DNA from: Candidatus Bathyarchaeota archaeon
GTDB taxonomy: Archaea; Thermoproteota; Bathyarchaeia; TCS64
DNA length: 64,000 nt
Reading direction: 5' to 3'
Assembly: GCA_963771885.1 (NCBI GenBank)
Contig: CAVYVF010000023.1
Span: 384,001-448,000 of the forward strand
Shown: positions 1 through 9,149 of the stretch, in pieces
Layout of the letters: the number at the start of each line of letters is the position of its first letter
How positions within the stretch are numbered: the first letter of the stretch is position 1
The notes under the pieces: model-generated
Seen by the model: the letters and a program-made list of their open reading frames with translations, nothing else
Databases searched by the model: none
What the model was told of the DNA's origin: nothing
Translations under genes and position numbers: made by a program

Positions 1-48
1 GGACTTCCCTATGCCGCTGCAGGGGATGACGAGTATCGGCTTCTTCAA
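1..48 (-). CDS. DGC-domain (putative zinc-binding) protein, 5' part only; runs off the window
   Basis: TTG start right after the gcvH-like stop reads MKKPILVIPCSGIGKS, matching the recalled PCSGxG N-terminus of DGC proteins. Confidence 0.6.
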   Translation of the reverse strand, partial: MKKPILVIPCSGIGKS

Positions 49-49
49 G

Positions 50-502
50 TTACATCCCCTTTATCTTCCTAAGCTCCTCGACGACCTTGATCTTCATCGA
101 CTCAAAGTAATCTTCCGCGGAGATGAGGACGCTCAATCCGGAAGCTGGTTTGATGACCGCCACCCAGCCCCCACCGTAGGGGTCACGGTTGATGACCTCG
201 GGCTTTGACTCGATGGTGGGGTTGACTTCAACTATCTCTCCGTCGGTTGGGCTCAGTATGTCCTGCACCATCTTCACTGTCTCGTAGCTGCCGATGAAAC
301 CCCCGTTAGTGATCTTGGTTCCGACTGGCCGAGCCTCCGCGAAGACAAGGTCGCCAGCTCTCCTCTGCGCGAAGTCGGTTAATCCAACCCTGATGCTTTC
401 ATCGGCTTCGCGTTTCACCCAGACCTCATCCCGGGAGTATAGTAGGCCCTTCTTGGCCTTGAACACGAACTTGTCAGCAGTTGTCTCGTAGTATTCACTC
501 AT
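50..502 (-). CDS. gcvH: Glycine cleavage H-like lipoyl-carrier protein
   Basis: VGLTDFAQ, ETVK (lipoyl Lys), SPTDGEIVEVN, NRDPYGGGW motifs; ATG overlaps the acr3 stop (ATGA). Confidence 0.9.
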   Translation of the reverse strand: MSEYYETTADKFVFKAKKGLLYSRDEVWVKREADESIRVGLTDFAQRRAGDLVFAEARPVGTKITNGGFIGSYETVKMVQDILSPTDGEIVEVNPTIESKPEVINRDPYGGGWVAVIKPASGLSVLISAEDYFESMKIKVVEELRKIKGM

Positions 503-1554
503 CACTTCTTCTCCTCCACCTTCCCAATTCCTTTCCGGTTGCGGGGGAAGTAGCCGCATGTGTGCAGCCCGAAGCGCACTAGGCTGAGCATCAGCGGGAC
601 CTCGAAGAGGGGTCCGATGACGGTTGCCAGTGCAGCGCCACTGCCGATGCCGTACAGCGTTGTTGCCACGGCTATGGCGACTTCGAAGTGGCTGCTCGAG
701 CCGATGATTGTACAGTCAATGGCCGTGGGGTAGTCCCAGCGCATATACCAGGCGAGGGCGTAGGTCCATACTATCATAACGGCGTAGTGGATGAGGTTGG
801 GTACGGCGATGAAGAGGACGAGCAGGGGATCGCTGAGTATTATATTGCCCTGGAGGCTGAAGAGGACGATGAGAGTGACGAGGAGGGCGAGGAAACTGAC
901 CTTACCCGCCTTGGCGCGGAATACGTCGTCGAACCACTCCTTGCCCTTGGCTGGGATGAGTATCTTCCTCGTGAGTGCGCCAGCGGCTACGGGTACGAGT
1001 ATGAAGAATACGACACTCATGACGATGAGGTCCCAAGGTACAGGGATGCCACTGACGCCTAGGTAGAACGCCGCCATAGGTGCGTAGAGGAGTATCATGA
1101 GTACCGCGTTTACAGCCGTGTTAATGAGCCCCTGCGCCATATCTCCCTTGGCGAGGAGCATCCACCACATCACCATCGCTGTGCACGGCGACAAGCCAAG
1201 CAGTATGACGCCGGCTATGTAGTCGGGGTGCCCCGCGAGGAAGACGTTGGCGAGCAGCGTCATCAGCGCCGGCGCGATGACCCAGTTTGCGAAGACCGTG
1301 AACATTATCGGCTTCGGGTTTTTCGCCGCTTTCTTCACATCCATGAAATCGATACCGAGGATCGTCGGGTACATCATGAAGAAGAGGCAGATTCCGATGG
1401 GGATCGATATCTGGGCAAACTTTAGCGAGTCGAGGTACTGCCCGAAGCCGGGGGCGAACTTGCCTAGGAGTAGTCCGATCGCTATGCATATTCCGATCCA
1501 GACTGTTAGGTACTTTTCTATTATGCCGAGTTTCTTCTCCGACACGGCGATCAC
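502..1554 (-). CDS. acr3: ACR3-family arsenite efflux transporter
   Basis: ~10 TM helices; MMYP, SPCTAMV, SSHFEVAIAVA, GPLFEVP motifs. Confidence 0.95.
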   Translation of the reverse strand: MIAVSEKKLGIIEKYLTVWIGICIAIGLLLGKFAPGFGQYLDSLKFAQISIPIGICLFFMMYPTILGIDFMDVKKAAKNPKPIMFTVFANWVIAPALMTLLANVFLAGHPDYIAGVILLGLSPCTAMVMWWMLLAKGDMAQGLINTAVNAVLMILLYAPMAAFYLGVSGIPVPWDLIVMSVVFFILVPVAAGALTRKILIPAKGKEWFDDVFRAKAGKVSFLALLVTLIVLFSLQGNIILSDPLLVLFIAVPNLIHYAVMIVWTYALAWYMRWDYPTAIDCTIIGSSSHFEVAIAVATTLYGIGSGAALATVIGPLFEVPLMLSLVRFGLHTCGYFPRNRKGIGKVEEKK

Positions 1555-1646
1555 TTTTCATCAACGTTACTACACCCTAACATATTAAGTTATGTGGATA
1601 TGTGGATGGATGTATGTTTAAACACCTCGCCTCCCAAGGGACGCCT

Positions 1647-2060
1647 ATGGTCAGCGTACTGTTCATATGCGTCCACAACGCGGGCAGGAGCCAGATAGCG
1701 GAGGCGATCTTCAACAGCCTCGCAGACGGGCGCCACCTCGCCAAGAGCGCTGGCAGCAAACCAGCAGACCAAGTTAACCCCGTCGCAGTCGAGGCTCTGA
1801 AGGAGATAGGTATAGACATCAGCGGCAGGAAGCCAAAGAAGCTGGACGCCGACCTCGCCCTCGGGGCGGACCTAGCTATCACAATGGGCTGCGGTGACGA
1901 GCCCTGTCCCGTAGTCACCGGCGAGTTAAGGGACTGGGACCTCGAGGACCCCCATGGGCAGCCCATCGAGAAAGTCAGGGAGATCAGGGACGAGATACGA
2001 CGGAGGGTCGAAGCTCTCGTCGAGGAACTCGATAAATGGTCTATACCCTCCCCGGATTAA
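1647..2060 (+). CDS. arsC: Arsenate reductase (LMW-PTP family)
   Basis: CVHNAGRSQ P-loop, ITMGCGDEPCP, WDLEDP; divergent from acr3. Confidence 0.92.
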   Translation: MVSVLFICVHNAGRSQIAEAIFNSLADGRHLAKSAGSKPADQVNPVAVEALKEIGIDISGRKPKKLDADLALGADLAITMGCGDEPCPVVTGELRDWDLEDPHGQPIEKVREIRDEIRRRVEALVEELDKWSIPSPD

Positions 2061-2156
2061 ATCCTCCTCAACCATCTCCCAATTAACACAGTATTACCAA
2101 CGCATGCCCCAGTTATGGCAGCTTTTATATCGCGCCAAACCTTTCCATCAAACGTT

Positions 2157-3488
2157 ATGGTCAAGAAAGCGATAATCATGGGCGCCGCGGGCCGCGACTT
2201 CCACAACTTCAACACCCACTTCCGGGACAACCCCGCCTACGAAGTTGTCGCCTTCACGGCTGCCCAGATAAGCGAACTCGACGCTACCGCAGGAATCGAG
2301 AAGAGGATCTATCCCCCGGAGCTCGCTGGGAAGAGGTACCCGAAGGGAATACCCATCTACCCAGAGTCCCAGCTCGAGAAGCTCGTCGAGGATCTCGACG
2401 CCGACGAGGTCTTCTTCAGCTACAGTGACGTGAGCCATCAGTTCCTCATGAACGAGGGAAGTAGAGCTCTCGCCTCGGGCGCTAGTTTCACCCTCCTCGG
2501 CCCTAAGGAAACCATGATCACTTCGCAGAAGCCGGTGATCAGCGTCTGCGCCAGCAGGACGGGGAGCGGCAAGAGCCCCACGAGCAGATGGCTCGTCGAC
2601 CGACTCAAGGCGCAGGGCAAGAAGGTCGTCGTCATCCGCCACCCGATGCCCTACGGTGACCTTGTAAAGCAGCGTGTCCAGCGCTTCGCCACCCTAGCGG
2701 ACCTCGACAAGCACGACTGCACGATCGAGGAGCGGGAGGACTACGAACCACACATTGAGAGAGGTGCTATCGTCTACGCGGGCGTAGACTACGAAGCAAT
2801 CATCCGGGAGGCGGAGAAGGAGACTGATATCGTAGTCTGGGACGGCGGCAACAACGACTACCCCTTCTACTGGCCAAAGGTACATATCTGCATCGTTGAT
2901 CCCCACAGGGCTGGCAACGAGTTGACCTACTACCCTGGCGAGGTTAACGTTCGCATGGCGAACGTCGTCGTGATAAGCAAAGTCAACACGGCGCCGCCGG
3001 GGAGCGTTGAGCTGGTTCGGAAAAACGTCCAATCAGTCAACCCTTGGGCGCAGGTTGTGGAGACCGATATGGTCATCACCGCTGACGACGAGGCTCGGCT
3101 CCTCGGCAGGCGCGTGCTTGTCGTGGAGGATGGTCCCACCGTCACCCATGGGGGAATGGGCTACGGCGCAGCAACGATAAAAGCGCGTGAGTTGGAGGCG
3201 ACCATCGTCGACCCACGCCCCTACGCTAAGGGTACCATCAAGAGCGTCTACGAGCAGTACCCCCACCTCAAGAACGTGCTCCCTGCAGTCGGCTACAGCC
3301 CCAACCAGGTGAGGGAACTCGAGAAAATTATCAACGATACGCCCTGTGATCTTGTCCTCCTTGGCACACCTACCGACCTCCGCAGGTACCTGAAGCTGAA
3401 CAAGCCCGCTATACGGGTTCGCTACGAACTAAGGGAGCGTAAGAAGGGCGAACTTGAAAAAGCTGTACTTGGCAGGATGGAGTCCTAG
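2157..3488 (+). CDS. COG2403-type P-loop protein; probable arginine synthetase ArcE (often annotated cyclic 2,3-diphosphoglycerate synthetase-like)
   Basis: GAAGRDFHNFN, RTGSGKS, RHPMPYGDL, TIEEREDYE, WDGGNND, VEDGPTVTHG motifs. Confidence 0.8.
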   Translation: MVKKAIIMGAAGRDFHNFNTHFRDNPAYEVVAFTAAQISELDATAGIEKRIYPPELAGKRYPKGIPIYPESQLEKLVEDLDADEVFFSYSDVSHQFLMNEGSRALASGASFTLLGPKETMITSQKPVISVCASRTGSGKSPTSRWLVDRLKAQGKKVVVIRHPMPYGDLVKQRVQRFATLADLDKHDCTIEEREDYEPHIERGAIVYAGVDYEAIIREAEKETDIVVWDGGNNDYPFYWPKVHICIVDPHRAGNELTYYPGEVNVRMANVVVISKVNTAPPGSVELVRKNVQSVNPWAQVVETDMVITADDEARLLGRRVLVVEDGPTVTHGGMGYGAATIKARELEATIVDPRPYAKGTIKSVYEQYPHLKNVLPAVGYSPNQVRELEKIINDTPCDLVLLGTPTDLRRYLKLNKPAIRVRYELRERKKGELEKAVLGRMES

Positions 3489-3641
3489 AGGACGTCGCTG
3501 GCGTCGTAGACCTTGACGCGTTGGAGACGCTCTACCTCGGTCAGTTCCCTCGCGTGTTTGACGGCGTGTTTCTCGTCCTCGTCCGACCAATACTTGCGTT
3601 CATCAAGCTATCGCAGTCTCGAGCTGCCTTAGGTACACCAC
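3485..3641 (-). CDS. Possible small hypothetical protein (~50 aa) with one apparent frameshift
   Basis: GTG VYLRQLETAIA then a shift near 3605 into DERKYWSDEDEKHAVKHARELTEVERLQRVKVYDASDVL*; fills an otherwise empty gap. Confidence 0.3.
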
Positions 3642-3709
3642 TGATACCAATAGAAAACCGAGAGCCCGAGCGCCGCTAATTTATAGCGTTAATCGAGTGA
3701 AAATATGGA

Positions 3710-4936
3710 TTAGTTCGGCTTCCACAAGCCCCTCGCCACGGCGGGGACGAAACCACGGACGGAGTCGGGGCTGAACTTCAGCGTCTTTCCCTCCTCCGCC
3801 GACTTATAGGCGTGCATCATAAGCCTGGTAACGAGCAGTCCGTCGTGCCACGTCTCCTCAGGCCGCTCACCCTCCGCGAAGCACTCGACCATATGCCTAC
3901 ACTCCGCAGCGTAGCCGTAGGCCGCCGCCTCATCTGGCACAATGGGCATGAGCCCCTGCTCGGCCGCCTGCTTCTCGACGAAGTCCTCGCCCTGTTTGGC
4001 TTGGATGTTCCTGCTCAGGAAGACGCTGAGTTCCTGCTGGAGGCTGTTCATGGCGACGCTATACTCGGGTCCGAAGACTTCCATGCTGAGGCGGAGCCCG
4101 GGGCCCGTGTAGCACCAGCTTACCTTCGCCTCGGAGAGCACCTGATCCTCTCCGTCCTGGTAGGTGATGTTGACGCTGGCGTAGTCCTCGGCGGGGGCGA
4201 CGGAGTAGTCGACGCCATACTGCTTCTTAAGCTGGCCCATGGCTGGCTCGTGCGTCCATTTGAGGCTCCGAATGTCCCCCTGAACTGAGACTGGCTTGAG
4301 GCTTCCTGGCCTCTCGGGGTCTGTGAGCAGGTATCGTGATGCCTCGATGCTGTGGCACGCCATGTCTAGGAGGACACCACCGCCGCTCCGACGCGGGTCC
4401 CAAAACCATGGCATGTGCGGTCCGCCGTGCTCCTCTGCTGCGCGCCCAAGGTAGGGCCTACCTGCCTTTCGGGCGCCGTGGCGCCAGAGCGCGTCGCGTC
4501 CCCTGACGACGCTTGGCGAAAAGACCTGGTTCTCGAGGTAGCCGTGGAGGAGCTCCGTCTTCTCGACGAGCTTGACCATCTCCTCGGCCTCGTCAGCGGT
4601 TCTGCCTAGTGGCTTTTCGCAGGCGACTCCGATGAGGTTGCCCTTGCCCTGCAGCGCCTCCTCGGCGATCACCTTTACAGTATCTAGGCGCGCGTAGTTG
4701 GGGTTCATCACCCAGACGGCGTTGACCGCCTTGTCAGCAAGCATCCTGTGCAGATCGGTGTAGATGTTCGGGTTTCCTATGCCGAGGCCGTTGCAGTACG
4801 CGGCAAGCTTTCTCGCCCCCTCGGGGTGTGGGTTGTATATCGCGGTGATGTCGGCGCCCCTGACCGATGTCCATCCTTGGGCCATGAACCTGGCGATGAA
4901 GCCCGAGCCGATGAATCCGACTCCCAGCTTGTCCAT
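3710..4936 (-). CDS. Gfo/Idh/MocA family oxidoreductase
   Basis: GFIGSGFIA Rossmann motif, CEKP, GGGVLLDMACH. Confidence 0.9.
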   Translation of the reverse strand: MDKLGVGFIGSGFIARFMAQGWTSVRGADITAIYNPHPEGARKLAAYCNGLGIGNPNIYTDLHRMLADKAVNAVWVMNPNYARLDTVKVIAEEALQGKGNLIGVACEKPLGRTADEAEEMVKLVEKTELLHGYLENQVFSPSVVRGRDALWRHGARKAGRPYLGRAAEEHGGPHMPWFWDPRRSGGGVLLDMACHSIEASRYLLTDPERPGSLKPVSVQGDIRSLKWTHEPAMGQLKKQYGVDYSVAPAEDYASVNITYQDGEDQVLSEAKVSWCYTGPGLRLSMEVFGPEYSVAMNSLQQELSVFLSRNIQAKQGEDFVEKQAAEQGLMPIVPDEAAAYGYAAECRHMVECFAEGERPEETWHDGLLVTRLMMHAYKSAEEGKTLKFSPDSVRGFVPAVARGLWKPN

Positions 4937-4967
4937 GCCTGAGAATCCGCCCGTGGCTCGGATAAGA

Positions 4968-5393
4968 CTACCCACTACGCTTGCCTACGCGAAGGAGCCT
5001 ACCATCCCTGACCCTGCCGAGGTCGAGGGCGTGCCCCGCGGAGAAGACGATGTGGTGCTCCTCAGTCGCCTCGACCACAATCGGCTTTCTGTCGATGAAG
5101 GCAGCGGCGTCTCCGTGTGTGAGAATTATCGAGTCGCTCCGGGAGCTGGCGAAGAGCTGCAGCCCCGCGACTGTAGGCACTGTTTCAGCGCCACGTGCAA
5201 CCAGTATGCCGACAGAGTCCGTCTTCAGCTTCCGTAACGGCAGCGTAATGACTTTAGGCGAGACCGCCCAGATTCCCTCCTCGCCCTCAAGCACCTCGCA
5301 TCCGGCTAATGCATCGACATCGAACCCATATCGCTCGACTAGGTGGGCCAGCAGCAGGCGCCTCTCTTCCCCAGCGATCAGCCTCAGCGACAT
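4968..5393 (-). CDS. Hypothetical protein, possibly NIP7/PUA-like partner of the RNA methyltransferase
   Basis: Overlaps and follows the RsmB/NOP gene; size and layout fit NOL1/NOP2-associated proteins. Confidence 0.5.
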   Translation of the reverse strand: MSLRLIAGEERRLLLAHLVERYGFDVDALAGCEVLEGEEGIWAVSPKVITLPLRKLKTDSVGILVARGAETVPTVAGLQLFASSRSDSIILTHGDAAAFIDRKPIVVEATEEHHIVFSAGHALDLGRVRDGRLLRVGKRSG

Positions 5394-6310
5394 CTCTGTA
5401 TCCTCGCTACGAAGAATCCCTGCGTCTTATGGTGGTGAGGGTAGAGGCGGACGCATCTCGACACTCTATCGTCATATCTTATGCCTCTCCACTCCGTTTC
5501 CCCCTCGGTATGCCTGAGGGGATTGATTGAGATCTCTTTTACGTCAGCGTCCCTATGCCTTCTCAACAGAGAATCTACGACCCCCTCGTTCTCCTCCGGC
5601 GACAACGTGCAAGTCGAGTAGATCAACATACCCCCGGGGGCGAGAAGACCGAAGCAGCTCTCGATGAGCTTTTCCTGTAGTCGGCTGCACCTCTGCACCC
5701 TGGAGGGCTTCCAGAGAGCGAGCGCCTCGGCATCATCTCCTATGCGTCCCTCGCAGCTACACGGCGCATCGAGCAGCACCTTATCGAATATCTGTCCCAC
5801 GTCGGGGTGTACACTCATGTCGAGCGTCGTCACCGCTGCATTCAGGACGCCCATGCGGCTTAGATTGAACCGGAGGACACGCGTCCTGTGCACGTCCACC
5901 TCATTCGCGGCAACGGCGCCACCGTTTTCCATGAGAGCGGATATGTGCGTCGTCTTCCCTCCGGGGGCTGCTGCAGCGTCCAACACAACACTCTCAGGGC
6001 TCGGGTCGAGTACCTCGGGTGGAAGGAGAGAGGCGGCGTCCTCGAGGTAGAATAGGCCTTGGAAGTGGGCGACTGAGTCGCCGAGACCATGCCCACGTTC
6101 ACTTATCCAGAAACCAGTCGGGCACCAGGGCACGGGGTCGAGTGCGAGTCCCGCTTCCCCTGCGAGCCCCTTCACCTCCCCCACAGTCGCTTTGAGCGTG
6201 TTCACCCGTAGGCAGGGCCGCGGCGGTGAGGCCAGAGCATCTTTGTATTCGCTGTACTCGTCGCCAAGAATTTCGGCGAGGCGACCGGCGAGGGTGGGAG
6301 GGAGCGTCAA
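5384..6310 (-). CDS. RsmB/NOP2 family RNA m5C methyltransferase
   Basis: RVNTLK, AAAPGGKTT, LLDAPCSCEG, YSTCTLSPEENE, GFFVA motifs. Confidence 0.95.
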   Translation of the reverse strand: MTLPPTLAGRLAEILGDEYSEYKDALASPPRPCLRVNTLKATVGEVKGLAGEAGLALDPVPWCPTGFWISERGHGLGDSVAHFQGLFYLEDAASLLPPEVLDPSPESVVLDAAAAPGGKTTHISALMENGGAVAANEVDVHRTRVLRFNLSRMGVLNAAVTTLDMSVHPDVGQIFDKVLLDAPCSCEGRIGDDAEALALWKPSRVQRCSRLQEKLIESCFGLLAPGGMLIYSTCTLSPEENEGVVDSLLRRHRDADVKEISINPLRHTEGETEWRGIRYDDRVSRCVRLYPHHHKTQGFFVARIQRCR

Positions 6311-6351
6311 GCTGTCCTAAGAATGGATTAATGTGCTTAAAGGTGCCTCGG

Positions 6352-6612
6352 CTAGCGGACCATCCGTTTAAGCTCCTTCGAATTTATCGCGACCCTGTAG
6401 GCGTCTCGCATCTGCATCTGCTTGTAATCCTCGTAACTCATGTGGGTGTTAGGGTAGAGCTGCTTGTACCTCTTGTAGGGGAGCCTTATATCCCCCTCAT
6501 GCTGCTGGATGAGCCGGTCCCTGGGGCGCGCAGAGATGGCTAGGGCTACGAACTCTAGCACGAGGATTGGTATGGCGATCCAGAGCAGGGTCGCTGTGAT
6601 GTCCCCGCTCAC
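6352..6612 (-). CDS. Small single-TM hypothetical protein
   Basis: N-terminal hydrophobic helix; start overlaps the SPFH stop. Confidence 0.65.
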   Translation of the reverse strand: MSGDITATLLWIAIPILVLEFVALAISARPRDRLIQQHEGDIRLPYKRYKQLYPNTHMSYEDYKQMQMRDAYRVAINSKELKRMVR

Positions 6613-7520
6613 TGCTTCGCCGCCTCCCCACTGGTCTTCTTGAGGGGGAGGACCGGCGTCCCCTCGAGGCCGAGGACGTTGAGCACATCTGAGTTCGACG
6701 GAACGACGATCTTCGTCTGGTTGGCGAATGTGTCCCTGATGACGTCGAGCTTCTTGTTGATCTGGGCGTTCTCCTTGAAGTACTCGTTGGCGGCCTCGGA
6801 GACGAGCTTTATCGCCTTGGCGTCCGCCTCGGCGACGAGGAGTATGCTCTGGCTCCTGCCCTCCGCGACGAGGATCGTCGCCTCCTTGTCCTGCTCGGCG
6901 GCCTCCTTACGGCCCGTAGCCTGCAGCCTCGCCTGGCGGCGCTCCTGCTCGGCTGTCTTCTGTTTGTGCATCGCCTCCTGTATGTCCTTGGGCGGGTCGA
7001 TGCGCTGCACCTCGATCCTGTTCACCTTGGTGCCCCACTTGTCCGTTGCCTCATCGAGGATCTGCCTCAGATCCGTGTTGATCTTCTCACGGCTCGTCAG
7101 GCAGGTGTCGAGCGTCATCTCGCCGACGACGTTCCTCAGCGTCGTCTGGGCGAGCTTGACTATCGCCATCTCGAAGTCCTCGATCTCGTATATGGCGCGC
7201 TTCGGGTCCATTATCTGGTAGTAGACTACAGCATCAACGTTGACGACGACGTTGTCCTCTGTGATGATCTCCTGGGGGGGCACGTCGATGACTTGTTCCC
7301 TCATGTTTACGCGGTATAACCTCTGCATGATCGGCACGATGGTCCTGAGGCCGGGGCCTACGGTCTTGCTGTATGCGCCCCAACTCTCAACGAGACCCCT
7401 CTCGTACTGACCGACCACCTTTATGCCCGCAACGGCGAAGGTGATTACACCTAGGACAACGACTAGCGCTATCACCGCTACCTGTATCTCGAACACAGTT
7501 AACCCCAAATTAACAATCAT
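6609..7520 (-). CDS. SPFH/stomatin (band 7) protein
   Basis: N-terminal TM, PPQEIITEDNV, AQTTLRNVVG, AEQERR coiled coil. Confidence 0.95.
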   Translation of the reverse strand: MIVNLGLTVFEIQVAVIALVVVLGVITFAVAGIKVVGQYERGLVESWGAYSKTVGPGLRTIVPIMQRLYRVNMREQVIDVPPQEIITEDNVVVNVDAVVYYQIMDPKRAIYEIEDFEMAIVKLAQTTLRNVVGEMTLDTCLTSREKINTDLRQILDEATDKWGTKVNRIEVQRIDPPKDIQEAMHKQKTAEQERRQARLQATGRKEAAEQDKEATILVAEGRSQSILLVAEADAKAIKLVSEAANEYFKENAQINKKLDVIRDTFANQTKIVVPSNSDVLNVLGLEGTPVLPLKKTSGEAAKQ

Positions 7521-7984
7521 TCTTCATCTCCCCCTTCTACCTGCTCCACGATGAGGCTAACCCCCTCGACCCTAAGGACTCTGACGGCGGAGCCCTTGGG
7601 TATCAGGTCGTCCCCTTCGGCGCGTGCGAACCACTTCTCTCCAAAGAGCTTGATCAGCCCGCCCTCCACAGGCTTGATGTCGGTCTGCGCCAGCGTCTCA
7701 CGCCCGATGAGCGAGTCGACGTTCGTCGGGGTGAAGTTGGCCTTCGCGTCCCGGACGTGGGGATTACCCACCATCTCGACAATCTGGTACTTCGACCCCT
7801 TGATCAGGTTAATGCGCCTAACGAGTTCGCCGAAGTCGTCGGTTTTAATTCTGAGCGTGAATCCCTCGTCGCATCTGACGAGGCTGTAGCTCGCCTCGTG
7901 CTGCTGGCTGAACTTGTCGAGGACTTGGTAGAGCTTGAACTCGTCGGCCTCTACCTTGAGCGCGACCATCGTGGACATATCCAA
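7517..7984 (-). CDS. NfeD-like C-terminal OB-domain protein
   Basis: LIGRE...GEKWFARA...IPKGSAVRVLRVEGVSLIV; directly upstream of the SPFH gene. Confidence 0.8.
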   Translation of the reverse strand: MDMSTMVALKVEADEFKLYQVLDKFSQQHEASYSLVRCDEGFTLRIKTDDFGELVRRINLIKGSKYQIVEMVGNPHVRDAKANFTPTNVDSLIGRETLAQTDIKPVEGGLIKLFGEKWFARAEGDDLIPKGSAVRVLRVEGVSLIVEQVEGGDEE

Positions 7985-8093
7985 ATGATCCTTTGTAAAG
8001 GGATGTATATAGGGTTATCGAGGGTTATCTATTATCATTTATTGTGGTCTATGTGGGCTCAGTACTTTATAGGGGGACAGCGAGTATCCCCCA

Positions 8094-8552
8094 ATGGTCA
8101 GGAGCATCGTAATCGAGTTCCCATCCGTGCACTCTTCCGTGTGCGCCGACCTATGGGAGGAAGTGGAGCCAGAGCTCTGTGAGACCCTTTGGGGAAACCT
8201 CGCGGAGCCCATTAAGATGGTGTGCAGACACCCGGTTAGCAGCGGACAGGAGTTCAGTGCCGAAGCGCGCCCTCCGAGGCACCCCGTCAAGTCAGGCCTC
8301 GGCGTCGGGCGGAAGAGGTATCTTTACACGACGGTGCCTCTCGGCGGCGTCGTCTACGCCGTCACCGGCGGCTTCGGCGGCCTCAGCCTCTACTACGGGC
8401 CATGCACAGAACCCCTCCAGATCAGGGGAAGCGTCGTTGCACAGGTAATCCCCGAAGACCTCCCAAAGGCTGCGAAGGCGGGCAAGGCGGTCTGGGACGC
8501 TCAAGCGCTGGAGCACAAACCGATGACGATAGTCGTGAGGAGGGCACAGTAA
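8094..8552 (+). CDS. Cyclophilin-like (DUF3830-type) domain; N-terminal half of a McbB/cucumopine synthase-like protein
   Basis: ADLWEEVEPELCETLW, YYGPCTEPL, VIPEDL..AGKAVW motifs parallel the recalled McbB N-domain. Confidence 0.75.
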   Translation: MVRSIVIEFPSVHSSVCADLWEEVEPELCETLWGNLAEPIKMVCRHPVSSGQEFSAEARPPRHPVKSGLGVGRKRYLYTTVPLGGVVYAVTGGFGGLSLYYGPCTEPLQIRGSVVAQVIPEDLPKAAKAGKAVWDAQALEHKPMTIVVRRAQ

Positions 8553-9109
8553 TGAGGGACTGGCGAACGGTCAAGGACGAGATTGAGAAGGACCTAGACC
8601 GCATCTTCTGGGACGAGCCCGTCGAGGTGGAGATGTGCCGTCTCGGAGTCTTCCCGAGCGGGGCGGAGGTACACGGTCAAGTGCTTGGCAACCTCCTCTT
8701 CCTCGTAGGGGACACCTCAGCGATGGGGTGGAAATGCGCTCAGCCGACCATCAACGCGGCGCTGAGGGACCCGAGGTTCACGGTGGAGCAGGTAGAGGCG
8801 ATCTGGCTCGCGGCGACGATGCCGATAGCCAAGCTGGTCGGCGACGTCGACCCGCCGAGGTGCCCCGCGCCATGGCTCAACCTTCCCAAAGTCCTAAGGT
8901 TCGCCAAGGAGATCGAGGAGTCCTTCTCTAGCATCAAGACCAAAGAGGAGCTCGAGGACTTGCTCTGGAGTTGGTTCAACTACATCAACACACTGAACCG
9001 GTGGTTCACCGTGGCGTTCCCGTTCGAGATGGGAGCGCTCTTACCCCTGAGGAGCGGCGCGAATATTGAGCACCTCCGCGAGCTCAACGAGAAGGGTCTA
9101 CGCGATTAG
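8552..9109 (+). CDS. Cucumopine-synthase C-terminal helical-bundle protein
   Basis: TAATG overlap with GGAGG upstream; EIEKDLDRIFWDEP, GQVLGNLLFLVGD, NYINTLNRWFTVAFPF motifs. Confidence 0.75.
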   Translation: MRDWRTVKDEIEKDLDRIFWDEPVEVEMCRLGVFPSGAEVHGQVLGNLLFLVGDTSAMGWKCAQPTINAALRDPRFTVEQVEAIWLAATMPIAKLVGDVDPPRCPAPWLNLPKVLRFAKEIEESFSSIKTKEELEDLLWSWFNYINTLNRWFTVAFPFEMGALLPLRSGANIEHLRELNEKGLRD

Positions 9110-9149
9110 TTACATATTGCGGTTTTTTCCCGCCTGGTTCGGCGCAAGT

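Noticed and set aside
8402..8551. N-terminal extension of the 235-aa ORF
   Set aside because: Overlaps the upstream gene in another frame; the ATG at 8552 has an RBS and matches the domain start
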